From: Emiliania huxleyi CCMP1516 | Lineage: Eukaryota | NCBI RefSeq assembly: GCF_000372725.1 | Contig: NW_005201192.1 | Location: forward strand, 62,001-126,000 | DNA: 64,000 nucleotides | Direction: 5' to 3' | Shown: piece after piece, positions 11,777 through 21,397 of the stretch | Position numbering within the stretch: the stretch's first letter is position 1 | How the letters are laid out: each line of letters opens with the position of its first letter | Made by a program: the position numbers and the translations under genes | The notes under the pieces: model-generated | Databases searched by the model: none | Seen by the model: only the letters and a program-made list of their open reading frames with translations | Told to the model about the DNA's origin: nothing

Positions 11777-12053
11777 CGTGTCGAAAGCGTCGAGGGCGGC
11801 GTCTTTCTTCTTTTATGTTTTTACTTGGGGACTACTGGCCCCTTCCGAACGTTTCTTTTTTCCACACATCACCAATAGGTAGGTAGGTCCGGCTTTGACC
11901 GCCCCAGACCCTGAAACAGGTAGGTACCCCCGATTTTCGTCTTTTTTCGCTTCGCTGCGCGGCCTAGGGGTAGGTAGGTAGGTAGGGCGTTTTGGTGCGA
12001 GTCATGCGTCAGACCCCCTATCTGGCTAGGAGCCGGAACCCAGGCACACACAC

Positions 12054-12488
12054 ATGCACGGCCTACGGGCCCTCGCACGACACCGGCACTCGCTTGCCCA
12101 CGCCGATCGAATCGTGCTGCGCGACCTCGTCTTCCGAGGGCGGCACGGCGTCCTCGCCGCCGAACGCGAGCTGGGTCAGCGGTTCGAGGTGGATATCGTC
12201 ATGCAGACGGATCACGAGGCCGCAGCCGCGAGTGACCACATCGACGACACTGTGAGCTACGTCGGCGTGTACGACCAGGTGCGCTCCGTTGTCGAGGGCC
12301 CGCCGAGGGCGCTGATAGAAACGGTGGCGGTCGAGGTCGCGCGCGAGGTGCTGTCGGGCAACGCACGCGTGGACGAGGTGACGGTGGTCTTGCGCAAGCC
12401 GCAGGTTCCTATCAATGGTATCCTTGCCTACGCCAGCGTTGAAGTGAGTCGCGACCGAGAGTGGCTTGAGTCGCTCAGACGAGCCTAA
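12054..12488 (+). CDS. folB: Dihydroneopterin aldolase
   Basis: DRIVLRDLVFRGRHGVLAAERELGQRFEVD, DTVSY, LIETVA, LRKP. Confidence 0.95.
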   Translation: MHGLRALARHRHSLAHADRIVLRDLVFRGRHGVLAAERELGQRFEVDIVMQTDHEAAAASDHIDDTVSYVGVYDQVRSVVEGPPRALIETVAVEVAREVLSGNARVDEVTVVLRKPQVPINGILAYASVEVSRDREWLESLRRA

Positions 12489-12908
12489 CAAGCCATCGCA
12501 TGCAGATCTAGCGCTGAATGTCTCGCCGCTCACGGTACGGCGCCAAAAAAGTGCGCCCGTCAACATAAAGGACTGAGCGGAGCTCCTCTATAGAGAAAGG
12601 TACGCAGCAGGACCCACAGTAACAGTAAGCGACACGAGCACAGAATCAAAATCTACATTCTCCTCGCCGGGGCGCCGTGTTAAAGTAAACAAACCCCTCT
12701 CTCACCAACGCGAAAGACGGCGCGGTTAACGCGAACGATTGCGCGGCGACTTATGGAATGTCGATGCGCGCGGCGCCGGCGGCATCCGCTGATGTGGAGC
12801 GCGGGTCGCTAGCTAACATGAACCGTGTGGCTCGCTCCAGCAATTGGTGTGGCAAATCTCTGGGCTCTGCGGCGTAGCCCAGTGTACTCTCGGTCTCGCA
12901 AGAGCCTC

Positions 12909-13430
12909 TTACACAAAGGCTCCACTGGCGACATCGTTGCTGCTGCCCTCGTAGAGAGTAATGACGGCGTCCTCCATTGTGTTTGTTCGCAAGAGGAGCA
13001 CCGCGGGGTCGTCAAAGACGTCCACCACGCTTGAGGGCCATCGCACCTCGACTCGAAGCGGCACGCCCGTCTCGCCGAGGCCGAAGATCAGGCGGTGGTC
13101 AGCGCTGCCCCATGGGCTGGCGGTGCCGCTCGACGCGCCGTTGAGCTCCCGGAACTGCTGCTGCGGCTGGGCCTCCGCAAAGGCGCTCCACGTGAGCACT
13201 ACCGTGGCCCCAATCCCGTATTGGTTGCTCGAGACTCCCTTGAGCTTAAACGCGATGTATGAATTACCGTTCGCAACGCTCTCGTAGATGCGGCATTTCA
13301 AACCGCACGGCAGCAGATCCATGTGGCCATCGTTGTTGAGGTCAAATGTGGTGATGCCAAAGTAGGTCGACCCACCGAATGCGTAGTTCCACGCGCACAT
13401 CGGATCGAGGTGGAAGACTGCGATGTCCGT
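12909..13430 (-). CDS. ASPIC/UnbV domain with an FG-GAP-like Ca-binding repeat (CRTAC1-like C-terminus); possibly a gene fragment
   Basis: FDLNNDGHMDLL; NSYIAFKLKGVSSNQYGIGATV; RLIFGLG; VEVRWPS. Confidence 0.75.
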   Translation of the reverse strand, partial: TDIAVFHLDPMCAWNYAFGGSTYFGITTFDLNNDGHMDLLPCGLKCRIYESVANGNSYIAFKLKGVSSNQYGIGATVVLTWSAFAEAQPQQQFRELNGASSGTASPWGSADHRLIFGLGETGVPLRVEVRWPSSVVDVFDDPAVLLLRTNTMEDAVITLYEGSSNDVASGAFV

Positions 13431-13974
13431 GCGCACGGAGCAGCTCGTAAGCGGCGCGAACGAGAGGAACGGTCGCTCTCCGACATGAGGCGCGTTGCAC
13501 TTGCCAGTGCTGCCCTGGCCTTCTGTCTGCCCGCCCAATGGGTGGCAGGTGCCTCTGCTGCTGTGGCATGCCTCACGGCTGCGACTGGCCGGCGCCTCGG
13601 CGCGTCAGCTCGGCTCGGCGTAACGATCGTGGCCAGCGCAACTCGCCTGGACTCAACGCTCAGCCAGGAGCTCCCGCACGCGCTCGCTGGCGCGAGTCAT
13701 GGCGCATGCAACGCGCAGCAATGCTCGCCTCGCCTCGCGCAAGTGCGACCGTCCTCGCAGCCGACAGTCCACCGCCTGCTAAAGAAGCACAGCGACGAAT
13801 GGCACCGGCGACGCATGGCAGGCTGGTCATGACGCAGTCATAGGGTGTTGTGTGCCGTCAGAGTGACTCTCTGTGTCAGGGATAGTCAAGGCCGTCCATC
13901 AGAGCTCCAGTAAGCTCGGAGACACCCCATTAGCGCGGCTCGACCTCTTAGAGTCACTGCCTTCCCGGCGGGTT

Positions 13975-14280
13975 TGCTGTAGAGCCTCTACAACAAACTC
14001 TACATACAGCAAAATCGCGCTCTACATCGCTCTTCAGGCGACTCACATCGTCCCGCGCCGGATGTAGAGCTCTACAGCTCTACAGCGCTCCAGAGCGCTC
14101 TACATCTCTACAGCTCTACATACACACTTGTTATGACCCCCCCCCATGAGCACACCAGCGAGGGAGGGCGAGACGATCGAGGGGTCCCGAACCATGCGGA
14201 ATCGACCCTATCCAGTGCTCAAGTGCTCATACACACTACAGCGCTCTCTACACTCTACATACATCCTCTACAGAGCGAGT
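13975..14280. repeat. CTCTACA-motif cluster (probable transposon subterminal repeats)
   Basis: About ten CTCTACA/TGTAGAG motifs. Confidence 0.55.
14129..14227 (+). mobile_element. Family D short retro-insertion with CAAGTGCT tail and 10-bp TSD
   Basis: CATACACACT at 14119-14128 and 14228-14237 flanks the insert. Confidence 0.75.
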
Positions 14281-14380
14281 GACGGATAAAGTCGTGTGAA
14301 AGAGCTGTGAAAGCGAAAGTATCGAAATTAATTGCCCGCCGCAGGCGAAGAAAATTTTCAGGGTTTTTGGTCCCCCGAGG

Positions 14381-14645
14381 GTGAAGCTGTGGTACCGTCC
14401 AGCCGACACAGCGACGACACGCTGGCCTGCCAAGGCCTCGACCTTCTTCGGCTGCAGCTGCCGATGCAAGTCGCCGTGGCCCAGCTTGCCCCAGAATGCA
14501 CGGCCCCAGCTCCAAACGGCGCCGCCGGCGGTGATGGCGAGGCTGTGGGTCCTTCCAGCCGACACAGCGACGACACGCTGGTCAGCCAAGGCCTCAACCT
14601 TCTTGGGCAGCAGCTGGTGCTGCTCGTCGCCGTGGCCCAACCTAC
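14381..14645 (-). pseudogene. RCC1-repeat gene fragment (about 1.7 repeats)
   Basis: RLGHGDEQHQLLPKKVEAL..VVAVSAGRTHSLAITAGGAVWSWG..GKLGHGD; ends abruptly on both sides. Confidence 0.85.
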
Positions 14646-15834
14646 GCCAAAGAAGTCGAAGATTTCGGCGGGCGCCCGACGCGGTATGGAGCACGCGCGC
14701 TGCCCGGCATGCCTGCAGCATCCAAACGAGACGCACGGCGTCGCTCAGCCGTGTCCACGCGGCTTCGCTCCTGTCCTAACCGGCGCCATCTGGGCGGCTG
14801 CTGCGGAGCTGCTGCCGGCGGTGCGGCAACTGGCCGACAGATACAACGCTCAGGGCACCCGCCGGCGATTCACTGGAAAGGAACGAAGGCGCCGCTGTCG
14901 GCGATTCACCGCCGCTCGTTCCCGTCTCTCAAGCTGGCTACACCGTCCATGGACGAGGGAGACGTCGCCTCCTCTTTCGTCCCGGGCACTGTTCGCGCCG
15001 GAAGGCACCGTACACTGCGAAGTACATTAGCCTTCATCCCTCCTACCGCCGGCCGGGAGTGCAGCCTTCGCCATCGCTGAGTGAGATTATCCTCGACTTT
15101 GGCACCTGCGAAGTAATGAACAACATGCAGTACGTCATATGCAATGGCGCTATGACAGCCCTGAGATGGGCGTCCTCGACGCAGACGAGGCTGAGCTCAT
15201 CTGCATGGCGCAGATCGCCGACTTTCTCTCTCTCCCTGCGCGAGTGGTTGCGCCACCGTGGATGAGGCATATGGGCTGGGCAGGGGAGTTGGTAGAGGAG
15301 GTTGACTGAGGGCGCGAGGCCGCCAATCGTCACAGTCTGCTGCTGACTGTCGGTCGCTGACTGGTTGCGCATCGCGCTGGCCGCGCAGCGGCCTTTAGAA
15401 AATTTTGGCCGCAGGCCTAGGTTTTGAAAGATCAAGAGAATAAGCGCGGGTGAGGCTTTGAGAAGCTGCCGTTTGCGGCTTCCTAAGTCAACTTTTCGAG
15501 AGGAACGTTTTGGCTAAGCTAGAACTTCTCCAAAATCGCGCGATCATCGAGTTTTGAGTCAATAATTATGAAAGGAAAGGGAGAGGGAGAGTTCTAGCTT
15601 AGCCAATCGATTCAGCGTGCTCTGAAACGCCCAAAACCGTCGAGTTTTTCGCCGTGGTCCAAATAGAGAGCTTAATATTTTCTTGGCCACGGCCACGATT
15701 ACCCGCCCGTCACTCGCTCTACACCCTCCCTCAGAACACGAAACGCTCGAATTTGGCGTTCCGTGCTCCGCTTCAGCCTTCTATTGAAGATCCCTCACAC
15801 CAAGATCGTGCAGGGCGGGGACACACGTCCCTAA

Positions 15835-15996
15835 ATCCCATCTCGTCTCAGAGTTTGACCGTTTTCTTTCTTTATTTATTCAGCCTTCTAGTCCCCCATC
15901 GGGAGGACGACCCCGGCTAGTCGCCGACCACACCCACAAAGAACCCTGCACAAAGACCGCAGGGCGGGGACCTGTCCCTTTTTACCCATCTCCTAG
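15835..15996 (+). mobile_element. Dispersed repeat family C (retroelement-like 3' UTR), head-to-tail pieces
   Basis: Matches the reverse complement of 52440-52620; partial match at 46727-46762. Confidence 0.65.
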
Positions 15997-16359
15997 GGTA
16001 GCCCTGCTTTTGGCCCCACGCGTTCATGATGAAAAGAGTTCTCGGCAATAAAAAAAGGGGGCGGAAGTGCTCAGTGCGGTAGATGGTCAGCTCGAGGCGC
16101 GTGAGCCGGACTTGTGAGCCGGACCACCCCCTCTTGAAACCTGCGTTGTTGAGCCAGGACTCAACATACTCGGGCTGAGGGCCCAACTTGAGAATCGTGC
16201 TTTTTGGGTTGGGTTGGGTTGTGGTTGGGTTGGGTTGTTCCGCGTGAGGTTGGGTCGTCGGCGCGAAGGGTGAGGTCTCGACCGCCGCCGCTTAGCTCAT
16301 AAAAAAAAAGCGCTTTGAGTGGAGCGTGCAGCCGCGTCGTGTAGCGAGCAACAGCAGAC

Positions 16360-16923
16360 ATGTGAGGCCCCCGAAACGCGCCCCCGAAACCCACTACACC
16401 GCGCGCGGGCCACTCCCACCCTCTCCTGCCCACGCGCGCGGCGTGATCCTGCGCGCAGGGCACACATCTCTATGGGCGATGTCGACCTGCTGTTCCCGCC
16501 GGCTGAGCTGGAGAAGCGGCGGCACAAGCTCAAGCGGCTTGTGCAGTCTCCGAACTCCTTCTTCATGGACGTCAAGTGCCCGGGCTGCTTCTCCATGTGA
16601 GGCCGCCCCTCGCCCTCCGCGCTGTTGGGGCCATGCTGCGGCGCGAGCGCAGAGACGCTCGGGCGCAGACTCACGCAGAGGATGATGGGCGCGTGCGCAG
16701 CGCGCAGCCGTCGCCGAGCCCCGCCGCACTCGCCGTCGCGATCGCCGTGCTCACCCCCCCCCCCCCCCTCACCCCCCTTCCCTCTCCCCGCCGCAGTACC
16801 ACTGTCTTCAGCCACGCGCAGACGGTTGTGATCTGCGGTGGCTGCTCAACGGTGCTGTGCCAGCCGACGGGCGGCAAGGCGCGGCTGACGGAGGGCTGCT
16901 CCTTCAGAAAGAAGGTTGAGTGA
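16360..16923 (+). CDS. RPS27: 40S ribosomal protein S27 (eS27), introns 16362-16458 and 16597-16796
   Basis: [64 protein letters not shown]; alternative start is the ATG at 16472. Confidence 0.97.
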
Positions 16924-17402
16924 GGCGGCTTGCGTGCGCCGCTGCTTACACGGATTGGGTGGGATTTGATGCGGCATTTCGGCACGGGGGGGGGGCAGCC
17001 AGGGGGTGTCCGAGGGGGGAGGAGGTGAGGGGGAATGGGAGGGAGGGTGGCAATCTGCCGGCGTGCTGCGGGCTTCAGCGGCACAGGCCACACCGCTGAG
17101 CGGCCGCCGTGCTCTCGTTCGCTCCACTTCCAACCCGCTGCCCCGCTAGAGAGACCTACACCACGGCGCCCTGGACACCCTGGACCTTGCTCTCCTGCTT
17201 ACACCACCTCCTGCCAGCCCCCGTGCTCGCCACAGCCACCCGTTCCCGCTATAATTGCTGTCAAAACAAGTCAAATGTACCCCGCAGCGCGGGGGCCGGC
17301 AGCGTGTGCCGCCCCCATATCGCATCAGTATCGCATATGCCGGTGGGACCCGGCCGTCCACCGGCGCGTCACTAGCTTGAAACTAGATCATACTCTCAAC
17401 AC

Positions 17403-18443
17403 TCAAGAGGGCGCGACGACATTCATGGAGGGTGGGGGGTGGTACAACCTACAACTCTCAGCCCAAAAGCCCCGAAGGACAGCGGAGGGAGAGGAGAGCG
17501 CTAAGCCCGCCTCCCGTATCCCACACGGCGACACGGCTCCACCTCTCCAGGCACAGCCCGACGCGCGGGGCGGTGGGACTCGCCGCCAGACGCTCGGTCG
17601 CTGCGAGGCGACGCGCACGCGTTCATCCGGGCCGGAGGGACGGCGGCGGAGGCGCGGCGGCGGTGGCGGCGGCGGCGGCGCGAGTGTTGCGAGGGCGTCG
17701 GCGAGCGGCAGTAGCACCCACGCGTCAGCGGCGGCATACTCGATCTGCGCGTCCGAGAGCGGGCGGGCCGCCCAGTCGGAGAGCGTGAGAGACTTGTCGA
17801 GCGCAGAGCCGAGGAGCTGCGCGACCAGAGACTTTAGCCCCGGCTGGCGGCGCGAGACGCCGTAGCCCGCCGCGGACGCCTCGCTCTGCAAGTCGCGCGG
17901 CGCGATCTCGCCCCTGCTCCTACCGGCAAGCCAGCCCGAGCGCTCCAGCTGCGCCAAGTCCCCCTTGCACGCAAAGCCGAGGACCTGCACGCCCTCGGCG
18001 CACAAGGCTCGGTCGAGCGCCCGCCGAAATCGTGCCGCCGCGGCGTGGTCGGCGCCGATGGCGAGGAGATCGACGACAAACACCTCCGATCGCGTCGCGA
18101 GCTGCAGCAGCGAAGGGCCCAAGCCGGCGGCTGGCAGTGCCGGGCAGCCATCATAGAGCGAGGCCGGCCGCCACTCGGTGTCGAAGCCAAGCTCGCCGCC
18201 ATCCGCCTCGAGCGCCTCGAAGGCACCCGCCAGCCGTGTGACGCCATCGGCTCCGTCCACAAAATGACACGCGACGGCTTGAGGCAGGGAGAATGCCGGC
18301 AGCCCGTTGGTGTTGGAAGAACCTGCCGCGGCTCGAGCTTGCAAGATTTTAAGCCGATCGTCGTCTCCGAGCGCCAGGCTCACCGTCGCGCGGCCAGCGG
18401 GAGGACTAGCGAGCCAGCGAGCCAGGAGAATTTGCACACACAT
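17403..18443 (-). CDS. DEDDy 3'-5' exonuclease domain protein (EXD3/Mut-7/WRN-exo-like); termini uncertain
   Basis: ExoI GFDTEWRP, LLQLAT, GLKSLVAQLLGSALDK, SDWAARPLSDAQIEYAAADA. Confidence 0.88.
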   Translation of the reverse strand: MCVQILLARWLASPPAGRATVSLALGDDDRLKILQARAAAGSSNTNGLPAFSLPQAVACHFVDGADGVTRLAGAFEALEADGGELGFDTEWRPASLYDGCPALPAAGLGPSLLQLATRSEVFVVDLLAIGADHAAAARFRRALDRALCAEGVQVLGFACKGDLAQLERSGWLAGRSRGEIAPRDLQSEASAAGYGVSRRQPGLKSLVAQLLGSALDKSLTLSDWAARPLSDAQIEYAAADAWVLLPLADALATLAPPPPPPPPRLRRRPSGPDERVRVASQRPSVWRRVPPPRASGCAWRGGAVSPCGIREAGLALSSPSAVLRGFWAESCRLYHPPPSMNVVAPS

Positions 18444-18497
18444 ACCCGAGAGACTCAGACAAATCCCAGGCGAGCGTCGAGCGGCTGCGCCTACTCT

Positions 18498-18934
18498 TCA
18501 GTGTACCGGGCAGGAAGCCGCCGGATAGAACTGGGCGTCGCCCGGGCGGGGCCGGGTTGGGCCCGGCAGGGCACCGGCGGGCCCCCGCCGGGTCAAAAGT
18601 GGCCGCTCCGCTTTTGCCGGAATGCTTCTCCTCGCCGGGCCCGCCTCGCGCAAAAGGACGGGCCCGGCAAACCTCCTGCCCGGGCCCGGCATTGAGTGAG
18701 CGGGCCGGTCGATGTGCCGCAGACGGGCCCGGGCAGGACGGTTTGCCGGGCGCGGTTTTCTCCTCGCCGGGCCCGCCTCGCTCCTCGGCCTGCTGATTTG
18801 GGCGCTTCGGCCCGGGAGTGGCAAGCCGGGCCCGGCAAAGCGCGCGGGCCGGGCCCGGGAGGGGCAAGCCGGGCCCGGCAGGGGCCCGAGCCGGGCCCGG
18901 CCTGGCCCGGCGCCCCACTTTGCAAATCGACCTG
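18498..18934. repeat. GGCCCG/CCGGGC-rich segment, probable DNA-transposon end
   Basis: Dense GCCGGGCCCG motifs in both orientations; no matching TIR pair found. Confidence 0.5.
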
Positions 18935-19123
18935 TTTCCCATCCAATATCTCACACTCGGCCGCGGAGGCCCAACTGAGAGCGGGGGGGGCCGGGGGAGG
19001 GGGTCCCTACTGGTCGTGCCCACCCCTCGCACGACCCCGGGCGAAAGCGGGGGACCCCGCAGCAGCCAAGCCGCCCCACTTACATCCGGCGGCTTCCTAT
19101 GTAGCTCTTACGTGTTACGAACG

Positions 19124-20408
19124 AAGGGCGCTTGGTTGGGTCTAAATTTAGTGCGTGTGAATGAACTTTAGTGATAGTTTAGTGCGCTATCTAGTGTGTG
19201 TTCGAGTGCGTGTGCAGTGCGTCTTCAGCGCGAATTTAGCACATATTTAGAATTTAGCACATATTTAGCACATATTTAACAAACAACTCATATTTAGCAC
19301 ATATTACATATTTAGCACATATTTAGAGAGAGATATTTAGTGTGTTTTAAACCAATTTAGCGCCACATTTAGTTCACTTTAGGTGCGGGCAGCTGCAGTA
19401 CATTTAGTGTGGGTCCCGCATCTTTAGTGCGGGCACGCATCTTTAGCACGGCTTCCCGGCCACACCACAGCTAGCCAGGGCCGCGTGCTTTGCTCCTTGG
19501 CTGCCAAGAATGCACCACAGGAGATGCCTGGCCCCTGCGCCCTCATGACGCAAAGGCAGGCTCCCAGTGAGGCTAGATATGCAGCCCTCCAGAGCAAGAT
19601 CTCCCGACTGAGCACAGGCACAGCACCGATTCCCGAGAGGAGGACCAGCACAGTTGAATGCGCCACCGCAAGCACCACCTCCGACCGCACAACCCATGCT
19701 GTGCCGTGACCACCAGCTGTAATAGAGTAGAGGTGAGGGTCGGTCTTGGAATTTCAAAACCAATGTTGAACCAAAGGATGAAGCTTGAAGGATCCAAACC
19801 ACGATGACAGAAACGGCCAAATGGCCATGATCCATGTAGTCACCGCAAGGCGCAAGCAGCATACGCGTGTACTCGTAGCATGTTGGATCCAGCCCCAGCC
19901 ATGCACCTCCTCCTAAGTGCAATGGCAAATACACCGAGGAAGAAAATGCTCCAATAGCTCGATGCTTTTCCACTTCCGGCAAACGTTTTGCCGCTCGGCG
20001 GGCCCGGAGAAGCAGCCCGGAAAGCACCGGAGGCTGATATTCAGCTGAAAAACCTTCGTTCGGTTGGGGATGGGACGGGGAACTTTTGCGAGTGGGCAGG
20101 GAACTGCAGGGGGAGAGGGGGAGGGAGGCCCAGCGAGGGGCTGCGGCTGGATCCTACTGGTACTGCGCGGCTGGACTAAAGACGCACTAAACCTCGCTAA
20201 ATCTGGATGTAAAGGCGCAGTGAACTCGCGCTAAATTTGCGCTGAATTCGCGCTAAATTTGCGCTAAAGTTGAGTGAGTGTTAGAGTTGTTTCGTATTGC
20301 TAAAAATCTCCCTCTCTAAAGTTGTGCATTCGCGCTAAATTCGCGCTAAAGTGCACTAAAGATGCAGTAGACAAACACTTCTCACCTAAATTTAGAATCA
20401 GGCGCCTT
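19124..20408. mobile_element. Putative non-autonomous TIR element (~1.3 kb) with inverted ATTTAG/CTAAAT subterminal arrays
   Basis: Left AAGGGCGCTTGGTT..TCTAAATTTAG versus right CTAAATTTAGAATCAGGCGCCTT; ATTTAGCAC repeats on the left and GCGCTAAAT repeats on the right. Confidence 0.65.
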
Positions 20409-20528
20409 TGTTTTTCTGGTCCGTGATTTTTTATTTTTCTTTTTTGTTCGCGGCGACTTGGCAAGAACGTCTCTCGGCCGCGAATCTCGGCCGCGAAACT
20501 GGTGTAGAAGCAGCAGTTAGCCGGCGCA

Positions 20529-21320
20529 ATGAGTGTGCTTGGTGCAGAGCAGGGGCTTGAACGGATCGACGCAGACGTCCTCTCGCTCGTGCTGGCCGGA
20601 CTCCCGCCTCACGACCTGCTGAGGAGCGTTCCAACGTGCTCGTGGTGGGCGGCAGCGGCGACGGCCGACGCACAGTGGACGCCGCGTTGCGAGGCGCTCT
20701 GGCGCGACAAGCTGCACACCGAACGGTGGCGTGATGGAGCCGTGCGGCGAATCGAGGCGTACTTCTCCTCGCTTGCGGACGCGTTGCGAGTGGAGATCAC
20801 CGTGGCTGAGCTCGAGAGGTTCACGTGGTCGGCCAGGGTCAAGCAGTCCTCGGGGCTGGCGTGGCAATGCCCCTGGTGGCAAGGCCACGAGCCAGGCACG
20901 CGGAGATACACTGCGGCGGCCGGGCAGGGACAAGGCGTCTACGCCTCGTCAGAGCGCGGCCAGGGAGAGTGGAGCCTGGCGGTCGCCGATTGCGACGTGG
21001 ACAGCGACGTCAAGGCGGAGTACCACGGCCATTCTGTGCTGCGCACGCGGCGCGGCGGTCGCTCGTACCCGCCACACGTCGCCACTCGCACCGCCAGCTG
21101 GGGCTGGCTGCTCCAGTCCCGCACCGGCCTCTCCGCCAGCTTCCCTCTCCCTGCACGCGGGGAGGACCTGTCGCTCGAGGACGGCGGCGCGCTGGAGCTC
21201 GACCCATCGAGCAGAAGCGGGGGAGAGACCGGCAACTACCCGCCAGAGCTCGCCGCCATGCTAGCCGCCATGCTCAGCCTCACAGCTGAAGCCCACCAGC
21301 CGGGAGCCGACGGCACGTGA
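20529..21320 (+). CDS. F-box-like domain protein
   Basis: N-terminal LERIDADVLSLVLAGLPPHDLLRSVPTCSWW..DAQWTPRC. Confidence 0.7.
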   Translation: MSVLGAEQGLERIDADVLSLVLAGLPPHDLLRSVPTCSWWAAAATADAQWTPRCEALWRDKLHTERWRDGAVRRIEAYFSSLADALRVEITVAELERFTWSARVKQSSGLAWQCPWWQGHEPGTRRYTAAAGQGQGVYASSERGQGEWSLAVADCDVDSDVKAEYHGHSVLRTRRGGRSYPPHVATRTASWGWLLQSRTGLSASFPLPARGEDLSLEDGGALELDPSSRSGGETGNYPPELAAMLAAMLSLTAEAHQPGADGT

Positions 21321-21397
21321 TGCCTCCTCGATATTCCCGCTTGCTTGGAAAAAAGAAAGACGGGTGGCCGGCCTATTTTTTTTCTGTGCCACGCCCG

